A stretch of 64,000 bases of DNA from Rhizophagus irregularis (Eukaryota): assembly GCF_026210795.1 (NCBI RefSeq), contig NC_089434.1, positions 2,542,001 through 2,606,000 on the forward strand, written 5' to 3'. The position numbers and the translations under genes were made by a program. The notes beneath the pieces were generated by a model. It worked only from the letters and a program-made list of their open reading frames with translations. It did no database searches and had not been told where the DNA came from. Positions 12,911 through 24,938 of the stretch are shown in pieces. Each line of letters starts with the position of its first letter. Position 1 is the stretch's first letter.

Positions 12911-14797
12911 ATTAGTAGTAATTAAATCTGAAAAAGTATAAACATGTTTTTAATATTATTTAAAAAATAAAAAGTAATTTTGCAATAACTAACTTTATTT
13001 ACAGTTAACAACTGGTAATATTCAAAAGCGCGAGACACCAATTGCCAATTACTAGTCTTCCACTACTCAAACTCATCGGTTTTGGGTTGTGTTCATCGGT
13101 TTGACGCGTGTTTTAATATGTTATTTTTTTTTTCAGGGTGCGTTCGCTAAATTGATCACAAAAAAAATTTTTTTTACTATTTGTGATGGTGTAACATTAA
13201 TCAAATTACTATATAAAATTAGGCCCAATCTTGATAGTTAGCCGATATGGTTCTTTTTTTAAATCCTGGTCATTAATAGCTTCGTCAACGTCCAGGTTTT
13301 CTAAAAAAAAAGAAAGGGAGCGTTAATTACGTTCCCTTAAGTAAAAATAAAAAAAAAACTTAAAAAAAGAAACGAACTTACCATAGTTCGTTCTTTTTTT
13401 AAATCCTGGTCATTAATGGCTTCGCCCATGTCCAGGTTATCTAAAAAAAGAAAGGAAACGTTAATTACGTTTCCTTAAGTAAAAATAAAAAAAAACTTAA
13501 AAAAAGAAATGAACTTACCATAGTTCGTTATTTTTTTAAATCCTGGTCATTAATGATTTCGTTCACGCTCAGGTTTCCTAAAAAAAAAGAAAAGGAACGT
13601 TAATTAAGTTCCCTTAAATAAAAAATAAAAAAAAACCTTAAAAAAAAGAACAAACTCACTATAGGTTTGTTCTTTTTTTTTAAATCCTGGTCGTTAGGTT
13701 TCGTTCGTTCAGGCATCCTAATAAAAAAGAAGGGAACCATTAATTAAGTTCCCTCAAGTAAAAATAACAAAAAAAAAGAAACGAACTTACCTAGTTCATT
13801 CTTTTAAATCTTGGTCATCTGGCGTCCGTTCGTCCAGAAAAGGGTTTTTAAAAAAATGAATTTTTTTTTTTTAAAAAAATTTAAAAAAAAAATCTGATCC
13901 GAAATCTGTTCAAATCGGATCAGATTTTCTCGTGTTTGATTTGATCCGATTTGAATCTGATCAGATCAGATTTTTTTTAAATCTCATCTGATCTACAGAT
14001 CAAAATTTTGAAACCTGAACCGATCTGACTCAGATCAAATCTGCAAATCCCAGATCAGAACAGATTTTTTTCAGAACACTATTCGTAAGTACGAATCTTT
14101 ATATATATATATATATATAGTCAACTCTCTTTATAGTCACACATTTGGGACAGTCCATATTTGGTGATTATAAAGAGATGTGACTATATAAAAAATTTCT
14201 TATATTTGTATATCATAATTCCGGCCAAAAATTAACATAATTTTAGCTAGAATTATACTTAAAACTTTATTGTATCGTAACTTCGCCAATATTAATCGTA
14301 GAGAGATGATCTTACCACCATTCGATTCGTCTTGATGAGACGGTTCTAATGGTATTAAATACATCGAAATCCAATCACTAGATTAATTTCCGAAATTAAA
14401 AAAATATTAATGGTTTTTGTGTAATAACTCTGCCAATATTGATCCTAGAAAGACGATCTTACTACCATTCGATTCATCTTGATGAGACGAATCTAATGGT
14501 ATAAGATATAACAAAATTCAATCACTAGATCAATTTCCGAAATTAAAAAATATTAAACGGTTTTTAAGTAATAACTCCGTCAATATTGGTCACAGAGAGA
14601 TGAGCTTACCACCATTCGATTCGTCTCGATAAGGCGATTCCAACGAGCTATAAATCGTCTTTTTACAATCACTAGGTACCGAGAAATCTAGCAAAATGTT
14701 AAATGGCGCAGTAAACGTAAATCAAGAAATATTATAATGCCGATGTTTAACATTTTGTTGAATAACTCGTCAGCCAGTGATCGGAAAAAGATAAAAC

Positions 14798-17700
14798 TCC
14801 TGGCCCTTTTGTCACTAAACCTCCTTCCTACATCCCTTCCTCTATGCAAGGATGGGATGATACAGTAAATCAAAATGATAATAATATCCTCGTTGATGTT
14901 ACTTCTCCTCCTTTGCAATCAACAAGTAGATTTTCCCCAATTCCTCATTTTGCTCCCATTCCACCTTCTAACGTCACCCCTTCCTCTCCTATTGATATGG
15001 AACAGCGTCTCTCCTCTCTTTCCGATACTGTTGCCTCTTTGGCTGGCTCGATTAAAGAAGGAATCCAACAAAACAACCTCATCTTAGCTCGGCAACAAGG
15101 CCAAGCTAATCAATAATTGTTCTCTTTTTCCCCTTCTTTATTACCGATTTATCAGTGTGTAATAATGATGGACAACAAAAAACATAATTTTTCCCCTCAC
15201 CCCTCTCCCCTTATCAAATTTGGTCAATTAAATGTTAATGGTTTATGTTCCCCAGTTCGACAACAACATTTGCTTAATTTTTTTCTTCACTCCTCTTTTG
15301 GTGCTTTATCTATTAATGATATGCGTCTTTCTCCTTCAAATGCTAAATTTATTTTTAAAAATGAACACTCCCAACATCACTTTAAGTCCTATTGGGCTTG
15401 TTCATCTTCTTCTTCTCGCCCTCATGATGGTGTTGGTATTTTGTTACGTAATCCCCTTCATAAACATGTTCAAACAATTGATCCTTGGAACGGTCGACTT
15501 CTTAAATTAGATTTGTTTTTTCATCAAACAAAAATTTCTATTATCTCTATATATTATCCTCCTTCTGGTTCTGTTCATCAATCTATTTGCAATGATCTTA
15601 TTGCCAAACTTCTTTCTTGGCTCGATTATGCCCGAGCTAATAATTATTTTGTAGTTATTCTTGGCGACTTCAATGCTGATGTAATCGCTCATTCTAATTA
15701 TTCACCTAATCATTTTAAGCTTCTTCGCTTGCTTTCTTCTCGGTTTTTTACTGATCATCAAGCTCACTCCTCTACAAATGGTCCTGATCCCACCTTCTTT
15801 TATGATAATGGATCTTCGAGACTGGATTATATCTGGTCTTTACCTGGTTTTCCTGCTCCTGGTCTTTTTTCACAAGTGGTTACTTGCCCGGGTCTCCTTG
15901 ATCGTCCTTTTACCGATCATAAAGTTCTTACAACTGTTTTTGACTTCAGTTCTTGCCTGGCCATCTTGGCTAAATCTCGACTCAAACAGAAAAAAGAAAT
16001 GCGTACTATTTTCTCTTATACTTCCACTTCAACTGAACAATGGAATAATTTTACTGCTGAAGTGGATGATTCTCTTGGTGTTTATTTGGATAGACAATAT
16101 CATCCTAATTTTGATTTCTCCTCTCTTTCTCTTGATCGTATGTGGCATGCATTGAAAGCTGCCATAATTAGTGCTGCAATTGAAACTTTACCCTTTCAAA
16201 AAGTCTCCAATACACACCGACATTCGTACTCTCCTGAATTAACTAAACTTATTGCTATTAACAAGTTTTTAGATCGATTCTTATATCGCCTTACTACTCG
16301 TCATTCTAATCGGTCTACTCAGATTGCGCAAATGACTGCCGCTTTACCCTCCCATCTTGAAAATCTTGCATCCTTACTACCTGATTACTCAGTTCCTACC
16401 TATTCTATAATCCCTGCATCTGTATTTAAATCGTTTTTACGATCACAGAAGAATTTAGTTTCTGCTTTTTTATCTACTAAATTCGCCCAACACCTTACGG
16501 ACTCAGTGGAATATTATACTGCTCTACGTGACGAACACTTTTCGAACTCGCTCAGCACCTTTATAGATTCTGCCTTATCAATAGAAAAACGTTCAATTGT
16601 TCTTGACCGTGTTCTGGTCGTTTTGGACTCATCTCCTACTTTATTAACGGATCCTTCGGATATTAAACATGCAGCTATTTCTCATTTTCAATCAATTGTT
16701 TCTCCTCCGTTGACCCGTTACTCTTCCATCATTTCATTTTCCGCCCGATGGCAACAAGCTTACACTCCTCTTGCTAATGTGTCTGCTTCACTATATGATC
16801 CTGTTTTGGCGCCTATTTCGCTACAAGAATGGTCTACTGCGATTTCCTCCATGCCAAATAACAAAGCTTCCGGCCCTTCAAAAATTTCTTATGAGATGAT
16901 TAAACATCTGTCCGGTGAAGCCTTGGATTTCTCTCTTTTACTGGCCAATACCTGCCTTTCTCGCGGTGATATTCCTGCTGACTGGCGTGAAGCTGTGGTT
17001 TATCCTATTCCTAAACCTCACGAATTTGATGCTCAACTTAAGAACACTCGACCTATTACTCTTCTGGAAACAGTTCGAAAATGTGTAGTTAAGGTCGTCA
17101 CGAATCGTCTCTCCAACATTCTTGCTGATAATAAAGTTCTCCAAGGTGGTAACTTTGCTGGCTTACCTGGTGGTTCTACTGATGTCCCTATCAAAATGCT
17201 TGATGCGATTATCCATCAACATAAACATGACTTTACTGATGATCAGGAACTATGGATCGTTTCTCAAGATATCTCTAAAGCTTTTGATTCTATGGATTTA
17301 AATATGCTTAAATTAGCTTTAGATAGGCTACATATCCCTGCCCTTTTAGTGCGATTTATTTTAAATCTTTTTACACGACGAAATAATAAGATTATTACTT
17401 GTCATGGCGATACAGCTACTTATAGAGTACGTGTTGGTATCGATCAAGGAGAAATCATTTCCCCTCTTCTTTGGGTTATTTATTTGGATCCTTTACTCAC
17501 TGTTTTGAATCAAGAAGCACGAGATCCTTTTATTTTAAAATCTTCAGCTCTTTTAAATTATTCTCCACTTGAATTTGAACAACATTCTTTACCGATTTCA
17601 CATTTAACGTTTATGGATGATTCTACACTTATTGCTTCCTCAAAATCTGGAATAGAAGACCGTCTTTCTATTACTGCTGAATTTTATACTTTAAATAATG

Positions 17701-20700
17701 TTCAAGCTAATTCAGCTAAATATGTTCTTCTTTCATCTTCTTCCCCTTCTTCAAAGATTATCTTTGACCTTACACCTTCTTTTTTAGTCTCTGATTTGTC
17801 TCTTTCCCTTTCCTCTTTATCTTTGCATGCTTCCTTTCGCTTTTTAGGCGTTTGGTTTTCTTTATCCGCCTCTTCTGATTTTGTTCTCAAACAAGCGCGC
17901 TCCATGGTTAAAGATATGGCTGCTCTCCTGGGACCGAAGAAATTATTAGCACAACATGTGGCCTATCTCTATAATGCTGTTTTTCTTCCGCGATTGGAAT
18001 TTCGTCTTCAAACTACCTTTTCTCTGAAAGTACTATTCAATCAATTGTCAAGCCTCTGTTTTCAGTACTTCGAAGAAAAGCTGGTCTTGCTACGACTACT
18101 CCGTTGCCCTTGTTATTTCTCAAACTTCCCTTTTCGATTCAAAATGCTTTCTATCGCTTTCTTTCTTCCCATATTGCATCTTGGCAAAAAATTTTCACTC
18201 ATCCTGATTTTAAAGATTTTGCCCTTTATGCTATCTCCTATCTTCAAGGATATTTGGGTGCTGAAAGTTGCCCGACTACTATTAACTTAGAACCATGGTC
18301 ACAGATCGTTTCTTTGCGAACGCACACTTTGTTTAATTCGCTATTGTTTTCTTCGCATTTGAACATCACGTGGTCTCTTTCCTTCCGGCCTCCGAGGCAT
18401 GATTTACAACCTGCTCTGCCACTCCGATCTATTCTACCTCATTCCATTTTTCAATCGAGTTGGAAACTTTGGAAAAACTTGAATATATTTGTGCTTGCTC
18501 AATTGGTTTCTCCTTGTGGACGTTATCTTATGAATTGGCCTGACCTTCGTTATCTTGGCATCGTTGGTCGTAAAGGACGGATCCCTAATTGGTTTACTTT
18601 TATTAATAATAATTTTCTTTCTTCTTCCTCTTCTACTTTACTTTTATCTTCATATTTTATTAAATCTTCTTTTACTTTAGCTTCTCCTTGTTTATTAGAT
18701 CATACTGTTAAAGATTATTCTTTTTATCCTCAATGGGCTATTAATCTTGACTCTGCTACTCAAACGTTATCTGTTGGTCGTGTGTGTATCACTTATAAGA
18801 AACAAAACTCGGCTATTATGTCTCATTGGCTTCCTGTATCTACCTCGGCTGATGAACGATCCTATGACCCTTGTCCTGGTTGTGCTCTTAACATTCCCGC
18901 CTTATCCATGAAATCTGCCATCAGACAACGCTGTAATAGCGAGAAATGTTTTTTTAATGTAACTCTATCGGATACTGTGGGCTATCCTACCAGAAATGCC
19001 AAAGTTTTCGCGGCTTACCTTCCCATTACTTTATCTACTTCATGGAGTTATGCGACTTCCTTGGCTCTTGTTCACTTTTCAAACGCGTCTCCCGCTCTTT
19101 CTCCTCTCTTTAAGGATAGAATTGATGGAACTGAAGACATTATCTTACCACTTTCTGTGCAATCTTTGTACACAGATGGTTCGTTCCATCCTGCCAATGA
19201 TTCTTCGCCTTCTTCCATGACTTCTGCTTGGATTGCTCTTGATGATGTTGGACTTGTTCTGGAATCTTCTTCCATGCATCTCCCTTCTTACTTTCCTTCC
19301 GCTTTGCGTTCCGAAATTTTTGCTGTTCTATTAGGATTGAACGCCCTTTCCCGTGATTCATCAATCTCTATTCATACTGATTGTAGTCAGTTAATTTCAC
19401 TATGGACACGGTTTGTTGATGCTCCTTTCTCACCGAAGTTGCCCCGAGAACCTAATCATCTTCTTTGGCTTTCTATTCGACAACTTATCATGGATCGTAA
19501 TCTTAATGTTGAATTGATTAAAGTTCCTGCTCATGGCGATGATATCTACAATATACAAGCGGATTCTTTGGCAAAAGATGCTCATTCGTCTTTACAACCC
19601 ACTGCTCTACTTTCAACATTTTGTTATGCTCCATGCTTGTTGACTTTTAACTCCTTGCCTATTGACGTGAATGTTCGACATTTTCTCCGCTCTATTGCAG
19701 ATTCTCGTGCTCTTTTATCTTTTTGTTCACTAGCGCGTTTTACTGCTCTTGGTTCTCCTTCACTTTTTGATTGGGCTGGTATTTATTTTTGCCTTTCACA
19801 AATTAAAGGTTTTGCTTCGCATAAGAATGGTCGTCCTGAATTTTGGATCTTCCGTATCAAACTTCTTTTGGATATGTTACCTACCTTAACTACTCTTCAA
19901 CAACGCAAGCCTTATTTATATTCTCCTGATTGGCTTTGTCCGCAGTGTAATTCTGCTCCTGAAGATTTGAATCATCTTTGGACTTGCCCTTATATTCTTC
20001 CAGAGCTTAATCCATGTTTAACACATCGTTCTGAAGTCATTAAATTTAGAGATTCTTGTTTATCTTCTTTCCTATCCTTGAAATCTTTGGATATTTCTTT
20101 TCAAACCGAATTTTCTGCTTTGGATTGCTGGAACTATGATGCTCCTTCTTCATCCTGTCTTTGGCTTTACTCGAGGATTGTTGCCTGCGCATTTAACGGC
20201 ATTTTTGAATCAACACTTTCCTCTCTCTGTTATATACAAGACTATTTCTCCTCTTCTTAATGACTTCCAAGTCGAATTATATGGTGAAATTTGGCTATGT
20301 CGGAATGTTCTTTTCCATGCTTGGGAAGAGTCGCAGGGTATCTCGGCTGCTTCCAAATTACGTGGCCCATCTATAAATTCTTCTCCTATTGTTTCTTCTC
20401 CACATACAAATAACTCTTCTTTGGCGACAGTTTCTCAGGATTCCTGGATTTCTTGGATATCCTCTTCTATAATTCGGGGTGGATCATGGATCTCGCACTT
20501 GGATTTTCTGCGCCGCTTAACAGTTCAACCTCTTAGGATTTCTTTCTGGTAACGGACTGGATTTTTGGATGTTGGATAGTTGACTCACACTGGCCTTCGG
20601 GTAAAGTTGGGGTATGCGATTCTGTAATAGTCTAGTTTTTCTTTGCTTTAATTTTATTTTAGTTTAGATTTCTTTACTTGTATGAGTCGTGAAGCTACTC

Positions 20701-20802
20701 TTTTTATTTTTATTAGTTTATTTTCTTATTTTTGTAATATTGTTCGTTTGAATTTTCGATGTTAAATATAAATAAAAATAAAGTCATAAGACTGTTTGCA
20801 CA
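14798..20802 (+). mobile_element. 5'-truncated non-LTR retrotransposon (APE-RT-RNaseH-CCHC)
   Basis: End of ORF1 (to 15116), ORF2 and 3' UTR; flanked by GGAAAAAGATAAAAC at 14783-14797 and 20803-20817; no poly(A) tail. Confidence 0.9.
15165..20552 (+). pseudogene. LINE ORF2: AP endonuclease, reverse transcriptase, RNase H, CCHC finger (two frameshifts)
   Basis: LNVNGL, GDFN, RLDYIW, TDH (APE); RPITLL, DISKAFD, QGEIISP, FMDD, FLGV (RT); YTDGS, SEI, TDC, KVPAH, ADSLAK (RNase H); CPQC...HLWTC. Frameshifts near 18020 and 20165. Confidence 0.95.
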
Positions 20803-20817
20803 GGAAAAAGATAAAAC

Positions 20818-21794
20818 AGGGTTGGTCACCCTATCTCGGTGGTTAGTCACTGAGACCCTCATTAAGCCTGAGTATGGTGAGGTCGCAGGTTCGATTCCTA
20901 TAATCACGGAAATAAAAAGAATTTTACTGCGGACGCTACAACCAATAGCGTGAAGGTACAGGGATTAGTGTAGTTGGACTGCATTATGGTGAATTAGTGT
21001 GTACGGTTAGGTCGCACATTTCAACTAAGCGGGTCATGGTGTCCTTCTAACGTTCCCTATGAGGCCATTGGCACGTGCGCGGTCTGTCCCGAGGGGTCAC
21101 TACTATACCTTGCCCACTCCTGGGGTCCGCGGTCACTCTACGATACCGCTTGGGGTCAGTAACGGCTAGATGGTCGTCCTAGATGGTAAAGCTGAGGTGC
21201 AATGTCTTAGTGGTAGTTAGACCTTCTGTTAGGTCTTAGACCAACCAAGGTGTTCGTGCGCAGAACAGGTAGCATGGCTATGGGGTTCGATTCCCTACTT
21301 CTTGGGTCCTGGTTGGTGATCCCTGGTGGTTGATACCCACCATAAGGGAGGGGTGTCTCGGACAGATGCTGCTACTTATGTCCAGAGTGGTCGCTACAAA
21401 AGTATACCACTTGGGGTAAACAACTGTACTATCGGTGCTGGGTAATCGCGGGTTGTAGTGGCCTTTGAGTGAGACTTAGTATCTAAAATGGTGGTATGGA
21501 AGACTAGATGGTTGATGTTACCTGTCGAAAGTCCTCCATGAAAGTAGATGCTCTCTAAAGGTCGTTAAATAAATTGTGTATCAGTATCATGCAATGGGTA
21601 TAGGATGAGTAGGCGGCGTGTCTGAAGCTTCGGATCAGCCTAAATGGCCCGATGGGGGATGTCTTCTATAGTGGTGCTGTTACCTGAGGAATTAAGTACT
21701 CGGTTTAATGGTTGCCCATTGAAGATGATAGGACACAGACCCGAGATTAGTCTCATAAGAGGCAATGGGTGGTCTGGCCGTAAACACTTGCAAA
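20818..21794 (+). mobile_element. Long tRNA-headed SINE-like non-coding element, copy 1 (977 bp)
   Basis: A-box-like TATCTCGGTGGTTAG (~20832); variable loop plus B-box GAGGTCGCAGGTTCGATTCC (~20879-20898); GC-rich relative to flanks; no long ORF; bounded by the 15-bp direct repeat. Confidence 0.75.
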
Positions 21795-21809
21795 GGAAAA
21801 AGATAAAAC

Positions 21810-22782
21810 AGGGTTGGTCACCCCTATCTCGGTGGTTAGACACTGAGGCCTCATTGCCCCTGAGATGCGAGGTCCGCAGTTCGATTCCCATGATCACGGA
21901 AATAAAAAGAATTTTACTGCGGACGCTACAACCAATAGCGTGAAGGTACAGGGATTAGTGTAGTTGAACTGCATCATGGTGAATTAGTGTGTACGGTTAG
22001 GCCGCACATTTCAACTAAGGGTTATGGTGTCCTTCTAACGTTCCCTATGAGGCCATTGGCATGTGCGCAGTCCTGTCCCAGGGTCACTATATCCTTGGGG
22101 GGGACTTCCCTGTCCGGGTGGTCCACTACGATACCGCTTGGGGTCAGTAATGGCTAGATGGTCGTCCTAGATGGTAAAGCTGAGGGTGCAATGTCTTGGT
22201 GGTAGTTAGACCTTCTGTTAGGTCTTAGACCAACCAAGGTGTTCGTGCATAGAACAGGTAGCATGGCTATAGGGTTCGATTCCCTACTCCTTGGGTCCTG
22301 GTTGGTGATCCCTGGTGGTTGATACCCACCATAAGGGGTGATCCTGGACAGATGCCTGCTACTTCCTGTCCAGTGGTCACTACAAAGTATACCACTTGGG
22401 GTAAACAACTGTACTATCAGTGCTAGGTAATCGCGGGCTGTAGTGGCCTTTGAGTGAGACTTAGTACCTAAAATGGTGGTATGGAAGGGTACTAGATGGT
22501 TGATGTTACCTGTCGAAAGTCCTCCATGAAAGTAGATGCTCTCTAAAGGTCGTTAAATAAATTGAGTATTAGTATCATGCAATGGGTATAGGATGAGTAG
22601 GCGGCGTGTACCTAGCTTCAGATCAGCCTAAAAATGGCCCGATGGGGGATGTCTTCTATAGTGGTGCTGTTACCTGAGGAATTAAGTACTCGGTATAATG
22701 GTTGCCCATTGAAGATGATAGGCAAGCACCGAGATTAGTCTCATAAGAGGCAATGGGTGGTCTGGCCGTAAACACTTGCAAA
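21810..22782 (+). mobile_element. Long tRNA-headed SINE-like non-coding element, copy 2 (973 bp)
   Basis: Colinear with copy 1, with clustered differences; bounded by GGAAAAAGATAAAAC at 21795-21809 and 22783-22797. Confidence 0.75.
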
Positions 22783-23080
22783 GGAAAAAGATAAAACTAC
22801 CACCATTCGATTTGTCTCAGTGAGACGATTCTAACAAGCTATGATACATCTTTGTACGATTATTAGATGCCAAGTTATTTAATATATTCTTTATATAACT
22901 GTGATTATAAACGGTTCTTTTTAATATAAGATTTTTGAGGATAGGTGTGATAGTGACTATAGATAGATTGTAACTATATAGGATAGATTTTAATAATAAA
23001 GTGTTTTAAACATTCAACTGGTGTGACTATATAGTAGAATGTGACTATAACGGGAGTGACTATAGAGGGAGTTGACTGTA

Positions 23081-23710
23081 TTTTTATTATTTTGGAATGG
23101 TTTACTAACCGTTCCTTTCTTTTTTTTATAGGTTTGAGTGGGCTTTTATGTGGAAAAATCAAGATTCGTAAGTACGAATCTTGGTTTATTTTTTTTTAAT
23201 TTTTTTTTTAATATTACGAACAGTTATTAATAACCATTCTTTCTTTTTTTTTAGGATCGGGTGGGCTACTGACCTTTGGGAAAAGAGGAACCAAGATTCG
23301 TAAGTATGAATCTTGGTTTATTTTTTTTGATTTTTTTTTTTAATATTAATGAACAGTTACTAATAACCGTTGTTTCTTTTTTTTAGGCTTCAGGTTGGCT
23401 TCCGATCTTCAGAAAAGTGGAACCAAGATTCGTAAATACGAATCTTGGTTTATTTTTTTTGATTTTTTTTTTAATATTATTATGAACAGTTACTAATAAC
23501 CGTTCTTTTCTTTTCTTTTTAGGTCTTGGGTGTCTCAGATGTCTTCCGAAAAATGAAAAAAACCAAAAATTCATAAGTAAGTACGAATCTTGGTTTTTTT
23601 TCTTATTTTTTTTTAATATTATGAACAGTTACTAACCGTTCTTCTCTTTTTTTTATAGGTTTGGGTGGATTGCTAAAGAACAATCAAAGATTCGTATATA
23701 CGAATACATG
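23081..23710 (+). repeat. Continuation of micro-exon/intron array family A
   Basis: Same CCAAGATTCGTAAGTACGAATCTTGG and GAACAGTTACTAATAACCGTTC units. Confidence 0.85.
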
Positions 23711-24938
23711 AATTATATAATTGTGGAATTGTATTTGAATTAGCAATATTTTTTGTAAATTAGATAGATGCAATAATAATAATATAATTATAAAGTATTT
23801 AAGCATTAATAAATACATTTATTTAATAAATTGATAAAAAAAATTAAAATAAATTTATAAATAAATGGGTTGTTATTAGACCATAATTCGGCTTAAAGTT
23901 TTAATGTCGAATATTGGTTAATTTAAGTTTGAATAATGGTCGAATAATTTGTCCAAATTTGGAATGATTGGCACTTTAAATGCGCCTAAAAATTCGACTT
24001 CAATTTGACACAGATTAGATCATCATTCGACTTATATTCGACCTGGTCAAATTTAGGTCGAATTGTCTTTTTTCAACTAGTAAATAGCATAAAACTTTAA
24101 CAATAAAATATAAAAAAGCAAGTCTAATGAAAATTTAGCAAATGCCTATTGGATATTACGCTTAAAATTTAAGTTAGTCAAAATAATTTTTTCATTTATT
24201 CTGGTTGGCAACTAACACAATAATCTTTTTTTTTTTTTTAAATGTTGAATCATGTACTATTTTATTAGAATATATTTGGACTACATAATAATCACAAATA
24301 TTCTATGAATGATACTTCCAGCTCCAGGGCAGTCCGATCAAACATTAGATATTATAACTAACACAATAATCTTCTTCTTCCATTTTTATTAGAATGAGGC
24401 ATTTTCTGCAAAGAGAAATATTAAGATTTGTAAGCGTATTTTCATAGGTAACCATTATTTTCTCATAACTTCTTTCTCATATCTCTAATCGAAGTCTATT
24501 ATAGAATTGGCTAGCAAAGAATTGGCCAACATAAGTTCTTTCTTGTTGAAGTCTATCATAGTTGAATAATATAATAACCTCTAACATGTAGTGAAAATCG
24601 TCCACAAGTAGAGGTTGTAAGCTTTTCGCAATCAGAACAAGGTATACATTTTTTAGCTTTCCAATGGAATCAACATCCTTCAGGCCTAGTACTAGCATTC
24701 TCATAAACCATTTTGATATTGCAGAAAAATGGGCAAGAATATCCACTAATCATCCTACTTTTTTATTACTAAATTCAAAAAGATTAATTAATAATTAGTT
24801 AATGCTTCAGTTTTGCAATAGCTATAAATGCTTTAGAAAGCTTGTAAATACTTATCTTCGGTAGAATTTCTATGATCAAAAAGTGATAGGTACATAAAAA
24901 ATAAATAATTAAAGAAAAAATTATATACAAGTAATAGC

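Larger units (their letters stand above)
9571..13249. mobile_element. Two-gene DNA transposon of RAG1/Transib/Chapaev type
   Basis: Interrupts a family-C repeat unit; imperfect termini CATATGCCCTAA / TTAGCCGATATG; contains a transposase pseudogene and a convergent zinc-finger ORF. TSD not resolved. Confidence 0.65.
8610..14081. mobile_element. Non-autonomous hAT element (long copy) with minus-strand micro-exon/intron array, family C
   Basis: TIR tagtgctcct / agaacacta; 8-bp TSD TTCGTAAG at 8602-8609 and 14082-14089; ends homologous to 3976-4762. Confidence 0.9.
14118..23078. mobile_element. Tc1/mariner (pogo-like) non-autonomous element hosting the LINE/SINE stack
   Basis: TIR (t/c)agtcaactc(t/c)ct(t/c)tatagtcac at both ends, TA flanks; internal ~147-bp repeats (accaccattcgattcgtc) continue across the 14798-22797 insertion. 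Confidence 0.85.
6145..24082. mobile_element. Non-autonomous CACTA element, expanded to 18 kb by nested insertions
   Basis: Degenerate TIR cactaatcaaaaaagg / cttttttcaactagta; 3-bp TSD AAT at 6142-6144 and 24083-24085; internal organisation parallels the intact copy 50728-53465. Confidence 0.7.

Noticed and set aside
20825..20905. Functional tRNA gene
   Set aside because: D-arm and T-arm motifs are present, but there is no clean acceptor or anticodon stem, the two copies differ there, and no terminator follows; treated as a SINE head.
21520..21560. LSU rRNA or RNase P-like fragment (GAAAGTCC...)
   Set aside because: Only a short resemblance; no colinear conserved rRNA or RNase P motifs nearby.
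21680..21720. Hammerhead ribozyme core (CTGAGGA followed by an ATTAAG/TTTAAT stem), retrozyme hypothesis
   Set aside because: The required GAAA after stem II is absent (GGTT follows), and no TCNTCAG core was found for the other strand.
20759..22408. Short ORFs in the ~975-bp units
   Set aside because: They span element boundaries or are not preserved between the copies because of frame-breaking indels.
20803..22797. LTR pair of an LTR retrotransposon
   Set aside because: No TG...CA ends, no internal domain between the copies, and the adjacent RT is of non-LTR type.
24477..24746. Possible Maverick structural-gene fragment
   Set aside because: No motif I can recognise; needs a profile search.
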